Below are positions 47,845-57,122 of a DNA stretch of 64,000 nt, piece after piece. The position numbers and the translations under genes are program-made. Within the stretch, counting starts at the first letter, position 1. The number at the start of each line of letters is the position of its first letter. The notes beneath the pieces are model-generated. The model saw only the letters and a list, made by a program, of their open reading frames with translations. It made no database searches and was not told the origin of the DNA. Source of the stretch: an uncultured Prevotellaceae bacterium (GTDB lineage: Bacteria; Bacteroidota; Bacteroidia; Bacteroidales; Bacteroidaceae); the NCBI GenBank assembly GCA_945833925.1, contig CAMAFX010000002.1:31036-95035 (forward strand), given 5' to 3'.

Positions 47845-49995
47845 CTAAACGTCCTTCATCGAGAGGCTGACGCGCTCGCGTGCCAGGTCGACGTCGAGCA
47901 CCTTGACCATGACGTGTGCGTGGAGGGCGACAATCTCGGTAGGGTCCTTCACGAAGTGGTTGCTCATCTGGCTGACGTGTACCAGTCCCTTGGTGTGAAC
48001 ACCCACGTCGACAAAGGCTCCGAAGTTGGTTATGTTGCTGACAATGCCTGGCAGAACCATGCCTGGACGGAGGTCGGACAGCTCGTGAACGGTGGGGTCG
48101 AACTGGAATGCCTTGAGCGGTTGGCGCGGGTCGCGACCGGGTTTCTCGAGCTCGCTCATGATGTCCTGCAAGGTGGGCAGGCCGACCTCGGGTGTGACAT
48201 ATCGCTGTATGTCAATCTTCTCGCGCAACTGCTTGTTGCCCAGCAGGTCAGCCACGCTGCAACCCACATCCTTTGCCATGCGTCCAACCAGTTCGTAGCA
48301 CTCTGGATGTACGGCAGAGTTGTCGAGCGGTTCGCTGCCACCCTGCACACGCAGGAAGCCCACAGCCTGCTCGTACGCCTTGGCGCCAAGACGTGGCACC
48401 TTCAGCAGTTCGCGGCGTGTGCGGAAGGCTCCGTGTTCGCGCCGGTAGTCCACGATGTTCTGTGCCAGTGTAGGGCCGAGACCGCTGATGTAGGTCAGCA
48501 GATGCTTGCTGGCAGTGTTGAGGTTTACGCCCACACGGTTCACGCAGCTCACCACCGTCTGGTCGAGCGATTTCTTCAGCAGACTCTGGTTGACATCCTT
48601 CTGATACTGACCGACACCGATGCTCGAGGCGTCTATCTTGACCAGTTCGGCGAGGGGGTCCATCAGACGTCTGCCGATGGACACGGCACCGCGCACGGTA
48701 ACGTCGTAGTCGGGAAACTCCTCGCGAGCTATCTTGGACGCTGAGTAGATGCTGGCGCCGTCCTCGCTGACGGTATACACCTCTATGTTGTCGCCCAGGT
48801 CGAGGTGGTTGACAAACTCCTCGGTCTCACGGCCGGCTGTGCCGTTGCCGATGCTTATAGCCTCTATCTTGTACTGGCGGATGAGTGTCATCAGTTTGTT
48901 GGACGCCTGTATGCGCTCGCTCTTTGGTGGATGGGGGTAGATGGCTTCGTTGTGAAGCAGATTGCCCTCGCTGTCAAGACATACCACCTTGCATCCGGTA
49001 CGGAAACCGGGGTCGATGGCGAGCACCCTCTTCTGTCCCAGTGGCGACGACATGAGCAGCTGCTCCAGGTTGCGCACGAAGATGCGTATAGCCTCCTCGT
49101 CGGCTTTCTCCTTGGAGAGAGCGGCAAACTCGGTCTCGATGCTGGGTGCCAGCAGACGCTTGTAGCCGTCCTGCACAGCCTCGCGCACACGGTGTGCCGA
49201 CTCGCTGTTACCGCGAACGTACTGGCGTTCCAGTTTCTCGCACGCCTCGTCGGTGTCGATGCAGATGCTCACTCGCAGTATGCCTTCAGCCTCGCCGCGG
49301 CGCATGGCAAGCAGGCGGTGGCTCGAGCATCGGTTGAGTGGTTCGTCCCAGTCGAAATAGTCGCGATACTTCTGACCGTCCTCCTCAGCATTGCGTCCCT
49401 TGGCGCCCTTCACCACCTTGCTGACAATGTGGGCGGTGCGTCGGAACTGTCCGCGTATGGTCTGGCGCGAGCGTTCGTTCTCGCTCACCATCTCGGCGAT
49501 GATGTCCATGGCACCCTTCACGGCGTCCTCGGGCGTGTCAATGCCCTTCTCCTTGTTGACGAACGACTGTGCCTTGTGCAGCACCGGGTCGGGAAACTGC
49601 CGCAAGAGCCATGTTGCCATTGGTTCGAGTCCGGCTTCGCGTGCCACTTGGGCACGTGTGCGGCGCTTCTGCTTGTAGGGCAGGTAGATGTCCTCCAGTT
49701 CGGTGGCGTCCCAGCTGCTCTCGATGCGACGCTGCAACTCGTCGGTCATCTTGCCCTGCTGCTCGATGGCAGAGAGGATGGTCTGCTTGCGCTTCTCCAG
49801 TTCCTTGAGTTTGTCGAGACTGTCGCTGACGCTTGCCACCTGCACCTCGTCCATTCCACCGCTCCTCTCCTTGCGGTAGCGGCTGATGAACGGTATGGTG
49901 GCTCCCTCTTCGAGCAGTTCCACCACGTTCTCGACATATTTCTGCTGAAGCCCTGTCTGTTCGGCTATCAGTTTGTTGAATATCACGTTTGCCAT
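47845..49995 (-). CDS. tex: Tex-like transcription accessory protein (YqgF/HhH/S1 domains)
   Basis: 716 aa. The N-terminus ...EEGATIPFISRYRKE is typical of Tex. The C-terminal S1 domain reads GMVLPGIVSNITNFGAFVDVG. Confidence 0.92.
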   Translation of the reverse strand: MANVIFNKLIAEQTGLQQKYVENVVELLEEGATIPFISRYRKERSGGMDEVQVASVSDSLDKLKELEKRKQTILSAIEQQGKMTDELQRRIESSWDATELEDIYLPYKQKRRTRAQVAREAGLEPMATWLLRQFPDPVLHKAQSFVNKEKGIDTPEDAVKGAMDIIAEMVSENERSRQTIRGQFRRTAHIVSKVVKGAKGRNAEEDGQKYRDYFDWDEPLNRCSSHRLLAMRRGEAEGILRVSICIDTDEACEKLERQYVRGNSESAHRVREAVQDGYKRLLAPSIETEFAALSKEKADEEAIRIFVRNLEQLLMSSPLGQKRVLAIDPGFRTGCKVVCLDSEGNLLHNEAIYPHPPKSERIQASNKLMTLIRQYKIEAISIGNGTAGRETEEFVNHLDLGDNIEVYTVSEDGASIYSASKIAREEFPDYDVTVRGAVSIGRRLMDPLAELVKIDASSIGVGQYQKDVNQSLLKKSLDQTVVSCVNRVGVNLNTASKHLLTYISGLGPTLAQNIVDYRREHGAFRTRRELLKVPRLGAKAYEQAVGFLRVQGGSEPLDNSAVHPECYELVGRMAKDVGCSVADLLGNKQLREKIDIQRYVTPEVGLPTLQDIMSELEKPGRDPRQPLKAFQFDPTVHELSDLRPGMVLPGIVSNITNFGAFVDVGVHTKGLVHVSQMSNHFVKDPTEIVALHAHVMVKVLDVDLARERVSLSMKDV

Positions 49996-50001
49996 AGTCT
50001 G

Positions 50002-51540
50002 TTAGTGTGTATTCGTTCGTTTTCTTTTATAGAATATAAGATTGTCTGTATCTTTGTCGAAATGCGTTGCGTGCATCTCCTCGTAGTGGGTCTCTATCGC
50101 CAGGGCATCCTTTGGCGTGACGGACGATGACGGTGAGACGATGACCCAGCAGATGCTCGTGTCGGTGACGTCGAGTTCGCGCACCTGTGCGAAGAGTGTA
50201 TTGTTCATCCTGATGGGGAAACGGTTGCACTGGCTTACGCGTTGCCGTTGCAGCACCTCGAGTGCCGTTGTTCCGCCGTTGAGGTTGAAGATGCAATGCC
50301 GTTCGTCGTCGGGTATGAGTTGCATGATGCTGTCCGTCTGACTGTAGAAGTTGGCTGTATGTATCTGGTTTTCGTTGCCAGCCATACCTATGGCTTTTGC
50401 CGTCTTGTAGGTGGAAATCAGTAGGCAGGCAAGCAATGGTGGGGCGAGCAGTCTGCCGTGATGCCGAAGAAAGAGGGCGCAGAAGACGTAGGCTGGCAGC
50501 AGAAGTATGAAATAGTGGTTGAAATAGAGTCTGCCGAAACTGGCGAAGGTCGTGACGAGCAGAATCGTTGCGAAGGTGCATGCTCGAAGAGACGGCTCAC
50601 TGTTCTTTCCTCCGCCATCTGTTCTTCCTTCCCGGTTCTGCCTGTTGTGCATCAGCCACATTGCTCCGAGCAGATAGAGCGACAGTGCCGCGTGTATGTA
50701 CAGGTAGTTGTGGGTGGGTGCGTCGCTCAGCGTGGCGTATGTCAGTATCGAACCGAACATGGCGTAGTTCATACTGCCCACTCCCTCGGCGCCGTATATG
50801 CCATACATTATTATATATATAATGGCAACGACGGAGAGTGCCGTTGCGAGGAGTGCGGCGAGTCCTGTGCATTTCGCCTTTCTACACCCGCTGCAACCGA
50901 GGATGTCGAAGAGGAGGAACGCCAGAATGCCGCACGCATTGTTGAAGCGCACGAACACGGTCAGCGCAAGGAGAAGTCCGATGACGGCATACTCCCTTGT
51001 CGAGGTATTGCTGCCAGTGTGAATGTTGCGCGCGGCAAGATAGATGACGTAGGCTTGCACGGGCAGGCAGATGTCCTCGGTCATGCCACCCTGCGTCTGG
51101 AAGGCAACGTAGGCAAGCAGGGCGACGACGACTGGCACGTATGTCCGGCAGGCGTTGTGTAGCCGTGAATGTTGTTGTCCGGTGGTAGCTGTTCGCTCTG
51201 CAGGTATGCATGTCGACGTTGCGCCGGTTACCAGGGCTGCTGTAGTCATCCACAGTGCGACGGTCAGTGCCATGACGAGGCAGTTGATGACGAACACACC
51301 CCACTTGCCGCAGTTGCCAGCCATGCCTATGGCATAGAGCAGGTAGAGCACGATGCCCTTGTTGTCGAAGAGGTCGGCGTAGGGCGTGCCGCCGTTTGTA
51401 ATGAGCAGTCCCATCTGCTTGAAGACACAGACATCGTCGCCCTCGAACAGATAGAGGGGCGAGATGCTGAATGCGAAGAGCAGCAATACCGGCGTGCTCA
51501 GGCACAGCGCCTTGACGTATGTCTTCAGGTTGTCCGTCAT
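50002..51540 (-). CDS. polytopic membrane protein, possibly GT-C fold (ArnT/PMT-like) glycosyltransferase
   Basis: Start taken at MTDNLKTYVKAL (ATG 51540). There are at least 10 hydrophobic segments. The first loop, PYADLFDNKGIVLY, is reminiscent of the DxKPPL loop of GT39/GT83 enzymes. Assignment is weak. Confidence 0.4.
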   Translation of the reverse strand: MTDNLKTYVKALCLSTPVLLLFAFSISPLYLFEGDDVCVFKQMGLLITNGGTPYADLFDNKGIVLYLLYAIGMAGNCGKWGVFVINCLVMALTVALWMTTAALVTGATSTCIPAERTATTGQQHSRLHNACRTYVPVVVALLAYVAFQTQGGMTEDICLPVQAYVIYLAARNIHTGSNTSTREYAVIGLLLALTVFVRFNNACGILAFLLFDILGCSGCRKAKCTGLAALLATALSVVAIIYIIMYGIYGAEGVGSMNYAMFGSILTYATLSDAPTHNYLYIHAALSLYLLGAMWLMHNRQNREGRTDGGGKNSEPSLRACTFATILLVTTFASFGRLYFNHYFILLLPAYVFCALFLRHHGRLLAPPLLACLLISTYKTAKAIGMAGNENQIHTANFYSQTDSIMQLIPDDERHCIFNLNGGTTALEVLQRQRVSQCNRFPIRMNNTLFAQVRELDVTDTSICWVIVSPSSSVTPKDALAIETHYEEMHATHFDKDTDNLIFYKRKRTNTH

Positions 51541-51757
51541 CGTTTGGTTTGTAGTTTGATGTATTTCATGGCATCTGTTGTTTGTTGACTGATAAAAGCA
51601 AGTGTTGTGCAAACACGTCACTAAGTTACAAAGAAATTCTCAAGTATGCCTATAATATGTGGTAATTTATATGCCTTCCGATGAAAAATGCATATAAATA
51701 AATCTGTATATGGTGTGTTTTTATGCCGCGTTAGTGCCTTTTTTCCGTTTTATTCCT

Positions 51758-51765
51758 TAACTTTG
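51758..51765 (+). promoter_or_regulatory. -7 promoter box TAACTTTG for the fucP-like gene
   Basis: Matches TAnnTTTG, 43 nt upstream of the ATG at 51809. Confidence 0.4.
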
Positions 51766-51808
51766 TCGGGCACGTTGTGTGCGAGAACGTATAATACCAG
51801 GAATAGAT

Positions 51809-53035
51809 ATGACAAAACCTAAAGACTCATTGTTGCGTCGCGATGGCGTGAGTATGGTGGCACCCTTCGTGCTTATCACCTCGCTGTTCTTCTTGTGGGG
51901 CTTTGCCCACAGCATACTCGAAGTGTTGAACCCTCATTTCCAGGAGTCGTTCCAGATTTCGAAGACTATGGCAGCCTTCGTCCAGGCGGCTGTCTACGGT
52001 GGATACTTCCTTATGGCTCTGCCTGCCGGAATGATAATACGCAAGTGGGGCTACAAGGCGGGTGTCATCACCGGACTCCTCCTTTACGGAGTCGGCGCCT
52101 TGCTCTTCATCCCCAGTTCGATGATAAACTCATTCCCGTTCTTCGTCTTCTCGCTCTTTGTCATAGGATGCGGACTGACGTGTCTCGAGACAAGCGCCAA
52201 CCCCTATACCACCGTGCTCGGTGCGCCTGAGTCTGCCGAGCGACGCATCAACATGGCACAGTCGCTCAACGGCGTGGGCTGGATAGTCGGCCCGCTGGTG
52301 GGCGGAGCACTGCTCTTCTCGGGTGGCGACATCGCAGTGCCCTATACCATTGTGGGTGTCGTGGTGCTCCTTGTGGCGCTTCTCTTCAGCCGCATGAACC
52401 TGCCCGAGATAGCGCAGGATACCGAAGGTGATGACGAGCAGAAGTCGAGCGGTCAGACTGGTGCAGCGTGCGCCGGCTCTGGCGAGAAGAAGAGCCTGAT
52501 GAACGTTGCCTTCATACTTGGCTTGACGGCACTCTTCTTCTACGTCGCTGCACAGACAGGTGTCAACAGTTTCTTCATCAACTATATGACCGAGAATGTA
52601 GGCATCTCCAGCACCGAGGCAAGCACATGGCTTGGATTCGGCGGTATGGGACTGTTCGTGCTGGGCCGACTCACAGGCAGTTGGGTGATGGCATACATAC
52701 GCGCCGAGCGCCTGCTCTTCATCTATTCTGCCCTGGCAGCCGTTGCCACAGCCATCATCATGACCTGTTCGGGCATGGCCACCATGGGTGCCTTCTTCGT
52801 TGTCTATCTGTGCGAGAGCATCATGTTTCCCACCATCTTCTCGCTGGCACTGCGCAGCAGCGGTGGCAACACCAAGCTGGCATCCTCGCTGCTCATCATG
52901 ACCATCGTGGGCGGAGCCATAGCACCATTGCTCATGGGACATATTGCCGACACAACAGGCAGCATGGCAGAGGCGTTCGTCGTGCCACTCGTCTGCTATG
53001 TATATATCGCCATCTATTGCCTTATCAAGAAATAA
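51809..53035 (+). CDS. fucP: MFS sugar:H+ symporter, L-fucose permease (FucP/GluP) family
   Basis: Start taken at MTKPKDS (ATG 51809); the ORF-track start at 51779 is a GTG. SLFFLWGFAHSILEVLNPHFQESF...AGMIIRKWGYKAGVITGL...CLETSANPY aligns closely by eye with E. coli FucP. Confidence 0.85.
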   Translation: MTKPKDSLLRRDGVSMVAPFVLITSLFFLWGFAHSILEVLNPHFQESFQISKTMAAFVQAAVYGGYFLMALPAGMIIRKWGYKAGVITGLLLYGVGALLFIPSSMINSFPFFVFSLFVIGCGLTCLETSANPYTTVLGAPESAERRINMAQSLNGVGWIVGPLVGGALLFSGGDIAVPYTIVGVVVLLVALLFSRMNLPEIAQDTEGDDEQKSSGQTGAACAGSGEKKSLMNVAFILGLTALFFYVAAQTGVNSFFINYMTENVGISSTEASTWLGFGGMGLFVLGRLTGSWVMAYIRAERLLFIYSALAAVATAIIMTCSGMATMGAFFVVYLCESIMFPTIFSLALRSSGGNTKLASSLLIMTIVGGAIAPLLMGHIADTTGSMAEAFVVPLVCYVYIAIYCLIKK

Positions 53036-53060
53036 CCATTTAATTACTATTTGTTGATCT

Positions 53061-53663
53061 ATGAAGGAGAACATACAGACCAAACTGCCAACACTGCCCG
53101 ACGGCAGACGCATAAAGCGCTGGGTGCAGACCATGGAGCTGGGCGAACGCGCACAGCGCGTCTTCGACTACCTCAACGCCAACGGCATAGAGTATAGCCA
53201 CTACACGCACCCTGAAGGCAAGACAATAGAAGAGGCAAAACGATGGTGGAAGGACGACGGTTCGGTGCACTGCAAGAACATCTTCCTGCGCAACCACAAG
53301 GGCAACCGCCACTATCTGGTATGCTTCCACTGCGACCACGACCTCGACATTCACGACCTTGAGCACCGACTCAAGGAGGCACTCGTAAGCCGTGGACTTC
53401 CTGCTCCGGGCAAACTGTCGTTCGCCTCGCCCGAGAGAATGATGAAGTACCTCGGTCTCGAACCGGGCAGCGTGTCGCCCTTCGGACTCATCAACGATGC
53501 CGAGCACCACGTCCATCTCTTCCTCGACGAGGCATTGCTCGAGGCGCCGACAATGAGTTTCCATCCCAACGACTGCCGTGGTACGGTGGTTATCAGTCGC
53601 GACAATTTCGAGCGTTACCTCGAAGGTCTCGGCAACGATTACGAATACCTGAAACTTTATTGA
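53061..53663 (+). CDS. YbaK/ProX-type aminoacyl-tRNA editing (deacylase) domain protein
   Basis: 200 aa. ...KNIFLRNHKGNRHYLV..., LSFASPERMMKYLGLEPGSVSPFGLIND and ...FHPNDCRGTVVIS fit the prolyl-tRNA-synthetase-associated domain pattern. The true start may be M25. Confidence 0.7.
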   Translation: MKENIQTKLPTLPDGRRIKRWVQTMELGERAQRVFDYLNANGIEYSHYTHPEGKTIEEAKRWWKDDGSVHCKNIFLRNHKGNRHYLVCFHCDHDLDIHDLEHRLKEALVSRGLPAPGKLSFASPERMMKYLGLEPGSVSPFGLINDAEHHVHLFLDEALLEAPTMSFHPNDCRGTVVISRDNFERYLEGLGNDYEYLKLY

Positions 53664-53680
53664 GAATAAGTTTACCTAAA

Positions 53681-53742
53681 AAACGACAACTGGTACAGTT
53701 TGGCATGTCTTTGTTATGCTCTAACTGTACCAGTTGTCGTTT
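53681..53742. terminator. 20-bp perfect hairpin between convergent genes
   Basis: AAACGACAACTGGTACAGTT (53681-53700) pairs with AACTGTACCAGTTGTCGTTT (53723-53742). The loop is 22 nt. Confidence 0.6.
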
Positions 53743-53765
53743 GTGCTGCGGATGGTCAGCAACCG

Positions 53766-55067
53766 TTACTTGCGCAACAGGTGGTTGGCTGTCTGGTGTA
53801 TGGTCTGCAGTGTTATGGTGCGGTCGCCGCTGTTCATCTTCCTGATGAGGTTAGCAATGCTGCCGATGCTTATCTCGCTGAGGCTGATGTTGAGGATGTC
53901 GCCCTCGCTGGTCGGGACGTCGAGACTGCCGTCGGGCTGCAGTGCCAGGTCGACCTCTACACCATTTTTATATATATGCGCGCGCGAGAGGTCCATGGCT
54001 GCCGTCGAGCGCAGTCGCAGTGTGCTGCCCTTGCGGCTCTGGATGGTAGCGCAGTGCAGTTTGCCCTCCATCCAGCTCATGGTCACCTCGAAGTTGCCCT
54101 CAGCCTTCAGACCGCTGATGCTGCCGCTGTGCCATACGTCAGGCAGTGCGGGCAGCAGAGTGACTGTGCCGTTGTAGCTCTGCAGCAGCATCTCGTTGAC
54201 ACCGGCAGTTACACCGAAGTTACCGTCAATCTGGAATGGAGAGTGTGAGTCCCACAGGTTGTAGTAGCATCCACCCTTGCCGGACATCTGTATGTCGTAG
54301 GCATCAGAGTGCTTCAGAGCCATGCTGACGAACGAGTGTGCCTTGTTGGCATCCAGGGCACGGGCATAGAGGTTCACCTTCCATCCCATAGCCCAGCCGG
54401 TGACGTTGTTGGCGTCGCGTACGGCAAGCGAGTTGACCGTAGCCTGGAACATGTCGGTGTCGGCATAAGGCGAAACCTGACTGTATGTGTTGTCGCCGTT
54501 GTCAGCGATGCACCACAGTGCGGCGTCGCTGTTGTCTTCGGCCTTGTTGCTCAACTTCAGCGAGTAGGGCGACTCTCGCTGCCCGTACTGATGACGTTGG
54601 CTGCCACGCCCGACTGGTAGTTCTTCACGTGGTACCATACGGTTGTCGAGGCAAACTTGCCGTCGGCAGGAGCAGGCGATACCCACAGGCCGTTCACCTT
54701 CTTGGCAGGAGCGTCGGCAGCAGGGAACGCTGTTACGAGGCTCCAGCACGAACCTGCGTCGCCCGATGCAGCGGTGCTGTATAAGCCTATCGTTGTGGTG
54801 CCGTCCACGTCATTGCCTCCTGAGCCTACGCCGTAGAGCCAGTTGAGGTACTTGCCGGCAACGCCTGTGTTGTTGTAGGGGCGAATCTGGTAGCAGGCAA
54901 CGCCAGCCATGCTCGATGCCACACTCTCTACCGAGAAGTATGCACCGTCGGTGCGTGTGTCTGTCAGACTTACAAAGCCGACCTTGTTGTTGTAACTGCC
55001 GGCCTTGGTGTGGTGTAAATACCTTTTGCTCTTTTTCGCCCGTCCATGTTGCGAGCTTCCTATGTCC
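53766..55067 (-). pseudogene. remnant of a lectin-module + GH95 (alpha-L-fucosidase family) gene: 5'-truncated and frameshifted
   Basis: ORF 53766..54749 carries a GH95 C-terminal signature (GWAMGWKVNLYARA..., HSPFQIDGNFGVTAGVNEMLLQS, LLPALPDVW). The upstream piece (54557..54922, open further to ~55067 with no start codon) is in another frame. The frame switches near 54557-54600. No signal peptide or GH95 N-terminal/catalytic core is present. Confidence 0.6.
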
Positions 55068-56996
55068 TCACTTCCCGAACTGCCATCCGCGGAAGAGGCG
55101 GCCGCTGCCCTCGAGGTCGGCTCCGAAGAAGAAGCCCGGCTGTGTAGGCTGGTTGTAGGCTACGTTCTGGGTGACAATGCTGATGCGGTAGACGGGATCC
55201 TCGAGGAAGGTGTGGAAGCGGTACGGCGTGGGCAGGGTAGAGATGTAGAGACGCAGGTGCCCGCTGTCCTTGGTGCGTGTGAGAACCTCCTCGCGCCAGT
55301 CGCCCAGCACGTCGCCCTGCAGGCATGGATTGCTCTTGGAACCGTTGTTGAACTGGCAGTTCTCCATCTTCATCATGGGGCGGCACACCTGCTCTGTCCA
55401 GTCGTACTTGGCGATAGTCTCGTGGTCGAGCAACTCGCGCAGCAGGTCGCCATCCCACCACACAGCCATGTTGGTGCTCATCTGGCTTGCTCCGCCTGCA
55501 ACGATCTTACCCTTGACGCTGGCAAGACCGCCGCTTGCCGACGACCACATCTCCAGCCCCGGGTTGGTGGGGTCGAGGTCGGCAGCCATGCATCTGCCCA
55601 CGTCGCTGTTGCTGAAGAACTGGAAGAGCACCTCGCCGGTGGCAGCGTCGTGAAGTTCCGAACCGTCGCGCTTGTTCTCGTGGCAGTTCCATACGTACAG
55701 CTTGTCGTCGTTGGGGAAGAAACCGGTGAGATGCATGGCGTCGCCGTGACCCATGCGAGTAGAGTAGAGTCCCTTGCCGTTGTCGTCGATGGCGCACGGA
55801 CCGTAGACGATTTCGTCCCTGCCGTCGCCGTCCACGTCGCCCACACGCAGGTTGTGGTTGCCCTGGCCGTGGTATTCGCGTCCCTCGACGTTACTGTCGA
55901 AGAACCATCGCTTGCTGAGGTGCTTGCCGTCGAAGTCGAAGGCAGCGAGAGTCATTCGTGTGTAGTAACCGCGGCACATCACCACGCTGGGATGTATGCC
56001 GTCGAGGTATGCCACGCATGCCAGATAGCGGTCGGAACGGTTGGCGTAGTTGTCGCCCCAGTCGCCCAGGTTGCCGCGTCGGGGCAGGTAGTCGATGGTC
56101 TCGATGGCAGCGCCCGTCTTGCCGTTGAAGACGGTGAGATACTCGGGACCCTTGGCAATGAAGCCGCCGCGCCTGCGACCCTCGCCGCGGAAGCGCTCGC
56201 CCGGATGCTGTGGCGAGTTGAAGTGTGTCTCCTCGTGCTCGGCAACGCCCTCGCGCCAGTCGGCATTGGCGTCGCCTATGACCTTGCCCTTGCCGTCGGT
56301 AGTGCCATCGGCGGTCTTCATGACTATCTCGGCGCATCCGTCGCCATCCAGGTCGTATACCATGAACTGTGTGTAGTGTGCGCCGGCACGTATGTTGCGT
56401 CCCAGGTTGATTCGCCACAGCCGGGTGCCGTCGAGCTTGTATGCATCGACGATGACGGGCGATGTGATGCCGCTCTGCGAGTTGTCGCGCGAGTTTGACG
56501 GGTCCCACTTCAGGACTATCTCCATCTGTCCGTCGCCGTCGAGGTCCGCCATCGAAGCATCGTTGGCAGAGTAGGTGACGGGTCGACCTGTGTTGTCATC
56601 CTTCTCAGCCACAGGCTTGTCCACAGGTATGTCCAGATAGCCTACAGGCGCGTCGCCCTGGATGGTCCACTTGCCGCCGAGCCTGCCCTTGTCGGGACGT
56701 ACCTCGTAGGTGGCTTTGGTGCCTGTGGGCAGACAGTCCATGTAGGTGGTGCTTTGGGCTGCCGGCACGGTGGCTATCTTCTTGCCGTCGCGCAGAATGG
56801 TGAACGACTGTTCGAGAGGGTCGGCACTGAGGTAGCGCCACGAAAGGAACACACTGTCCTGGCTGGCACGCACGGCAACCAGTCCGCGGTCCAGTTTCTC
56901 CATCTTCATTTTTGACAGGTCGTAGTTGGTTTGCGCCGAGGCAACAAGCGGACTGGCAACGAGTCCGGCGAGCAGAATCTTACGTAGGATGTTCAT
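55068..56996 (-). CDS. rhamnogalacturonan lyase-like (PL11/YesW-type) FG-GAP beta-propeller protein
   Basis: Start taken at MNILRKILLAGLVASPLVASAQ (signal peptide). Repeated Ca-binding DxDGDG motifs are present (ADLDGDGQMEIVLKW, VYDLDGDGCAEIVMK, VGDVDGDGRDEIVYG). Confidence 0.65.
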   Translation of the reverse strand: MNILRKILLAGLVASPLVASAQTNYDLSKMKMEKLDRGLVAVRASQDSVFLSWRYLSADPLEQSFTILRDGKKIATVPAAQSTTYMDCLPTGTKATYEVRPDKGRLGGKWTIQGDAPVGYLDIPVDKPVAEKDDNTGRPVTYSANDASMADLDGDGQMEIVLKWDPSNSRDNSQSGITSPVIVDAYKLDGTRLWRINLGRNIRAGAHYTQFMVYDLDGDGCAEIVMKTADGTTDGKGKVIGDANADWREGVAEHEETHFNSPQHPGERFRGEGRRRGGFIAKGPEYLTVFNGKTGAAIETIDYLPRRGNLGDWGDNYANRSDRYLACVAYLDGIHPSVVMCRGYYTRMTLAAFDFDGKHLSKRWFFDSNVEGREYHGQGNHNLRVGDVDGDGRDEIVYGPCAIDDNGKGLYSTRMGHGDAMHLTGFFPNDDKLYVWNCHENKRDGSELHDAATGEVLFQFFSNSDVGRCMAADLDPTNPGLEMWSSASGGLASVKGKIVAGGASQMSTNMAVWWDGDLLRELLDHETIAKYDWTEQVCRPMMKMENCQFNNGSKSNPCLQGDVLGDWREEVLTRTKDSGHLRLYISTLPTPYRFHTFLEDPVYRISIVTQNVAYNQPTQPGFFFGADLEGSGRLFRGWQFGK

Positions 56997-57071
56997 TGTT
57001 ATTAAATATTGTATTGTTGCAAATATATGGAATAATTGAGGAATATCCGTCAATAATAGGAGGATTTTTTG

Positions 57072-57102
57072 TACTTTTGCGCTCGAAAATCGCAATATTG
57101 CG
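57072..57102 (+). promoter_or_regulatory. -7 box TACTTTTG (57072-57079) followed by perfect 12-bp palindrome CGCAATATTGCG (57091-57102) in the leader of the receptor gene
   Basis: Read directly. The palindrome lies 20 nt upstream of the ATG at 57123. Confidence 0.4.
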
Positions 57103-57122
57103 AGAATTTTAATTTATTATTT

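Noticed and set aside
56997-57122. Cobalamin or other riboswitch ahead of the BtuB-sized TonB-dependent receptor.
   Set aside because: The intergenic region is 126 bp in total, with the promoter box ~45 nt from the ATG. That is too short for a B12 or TPP aptamer.
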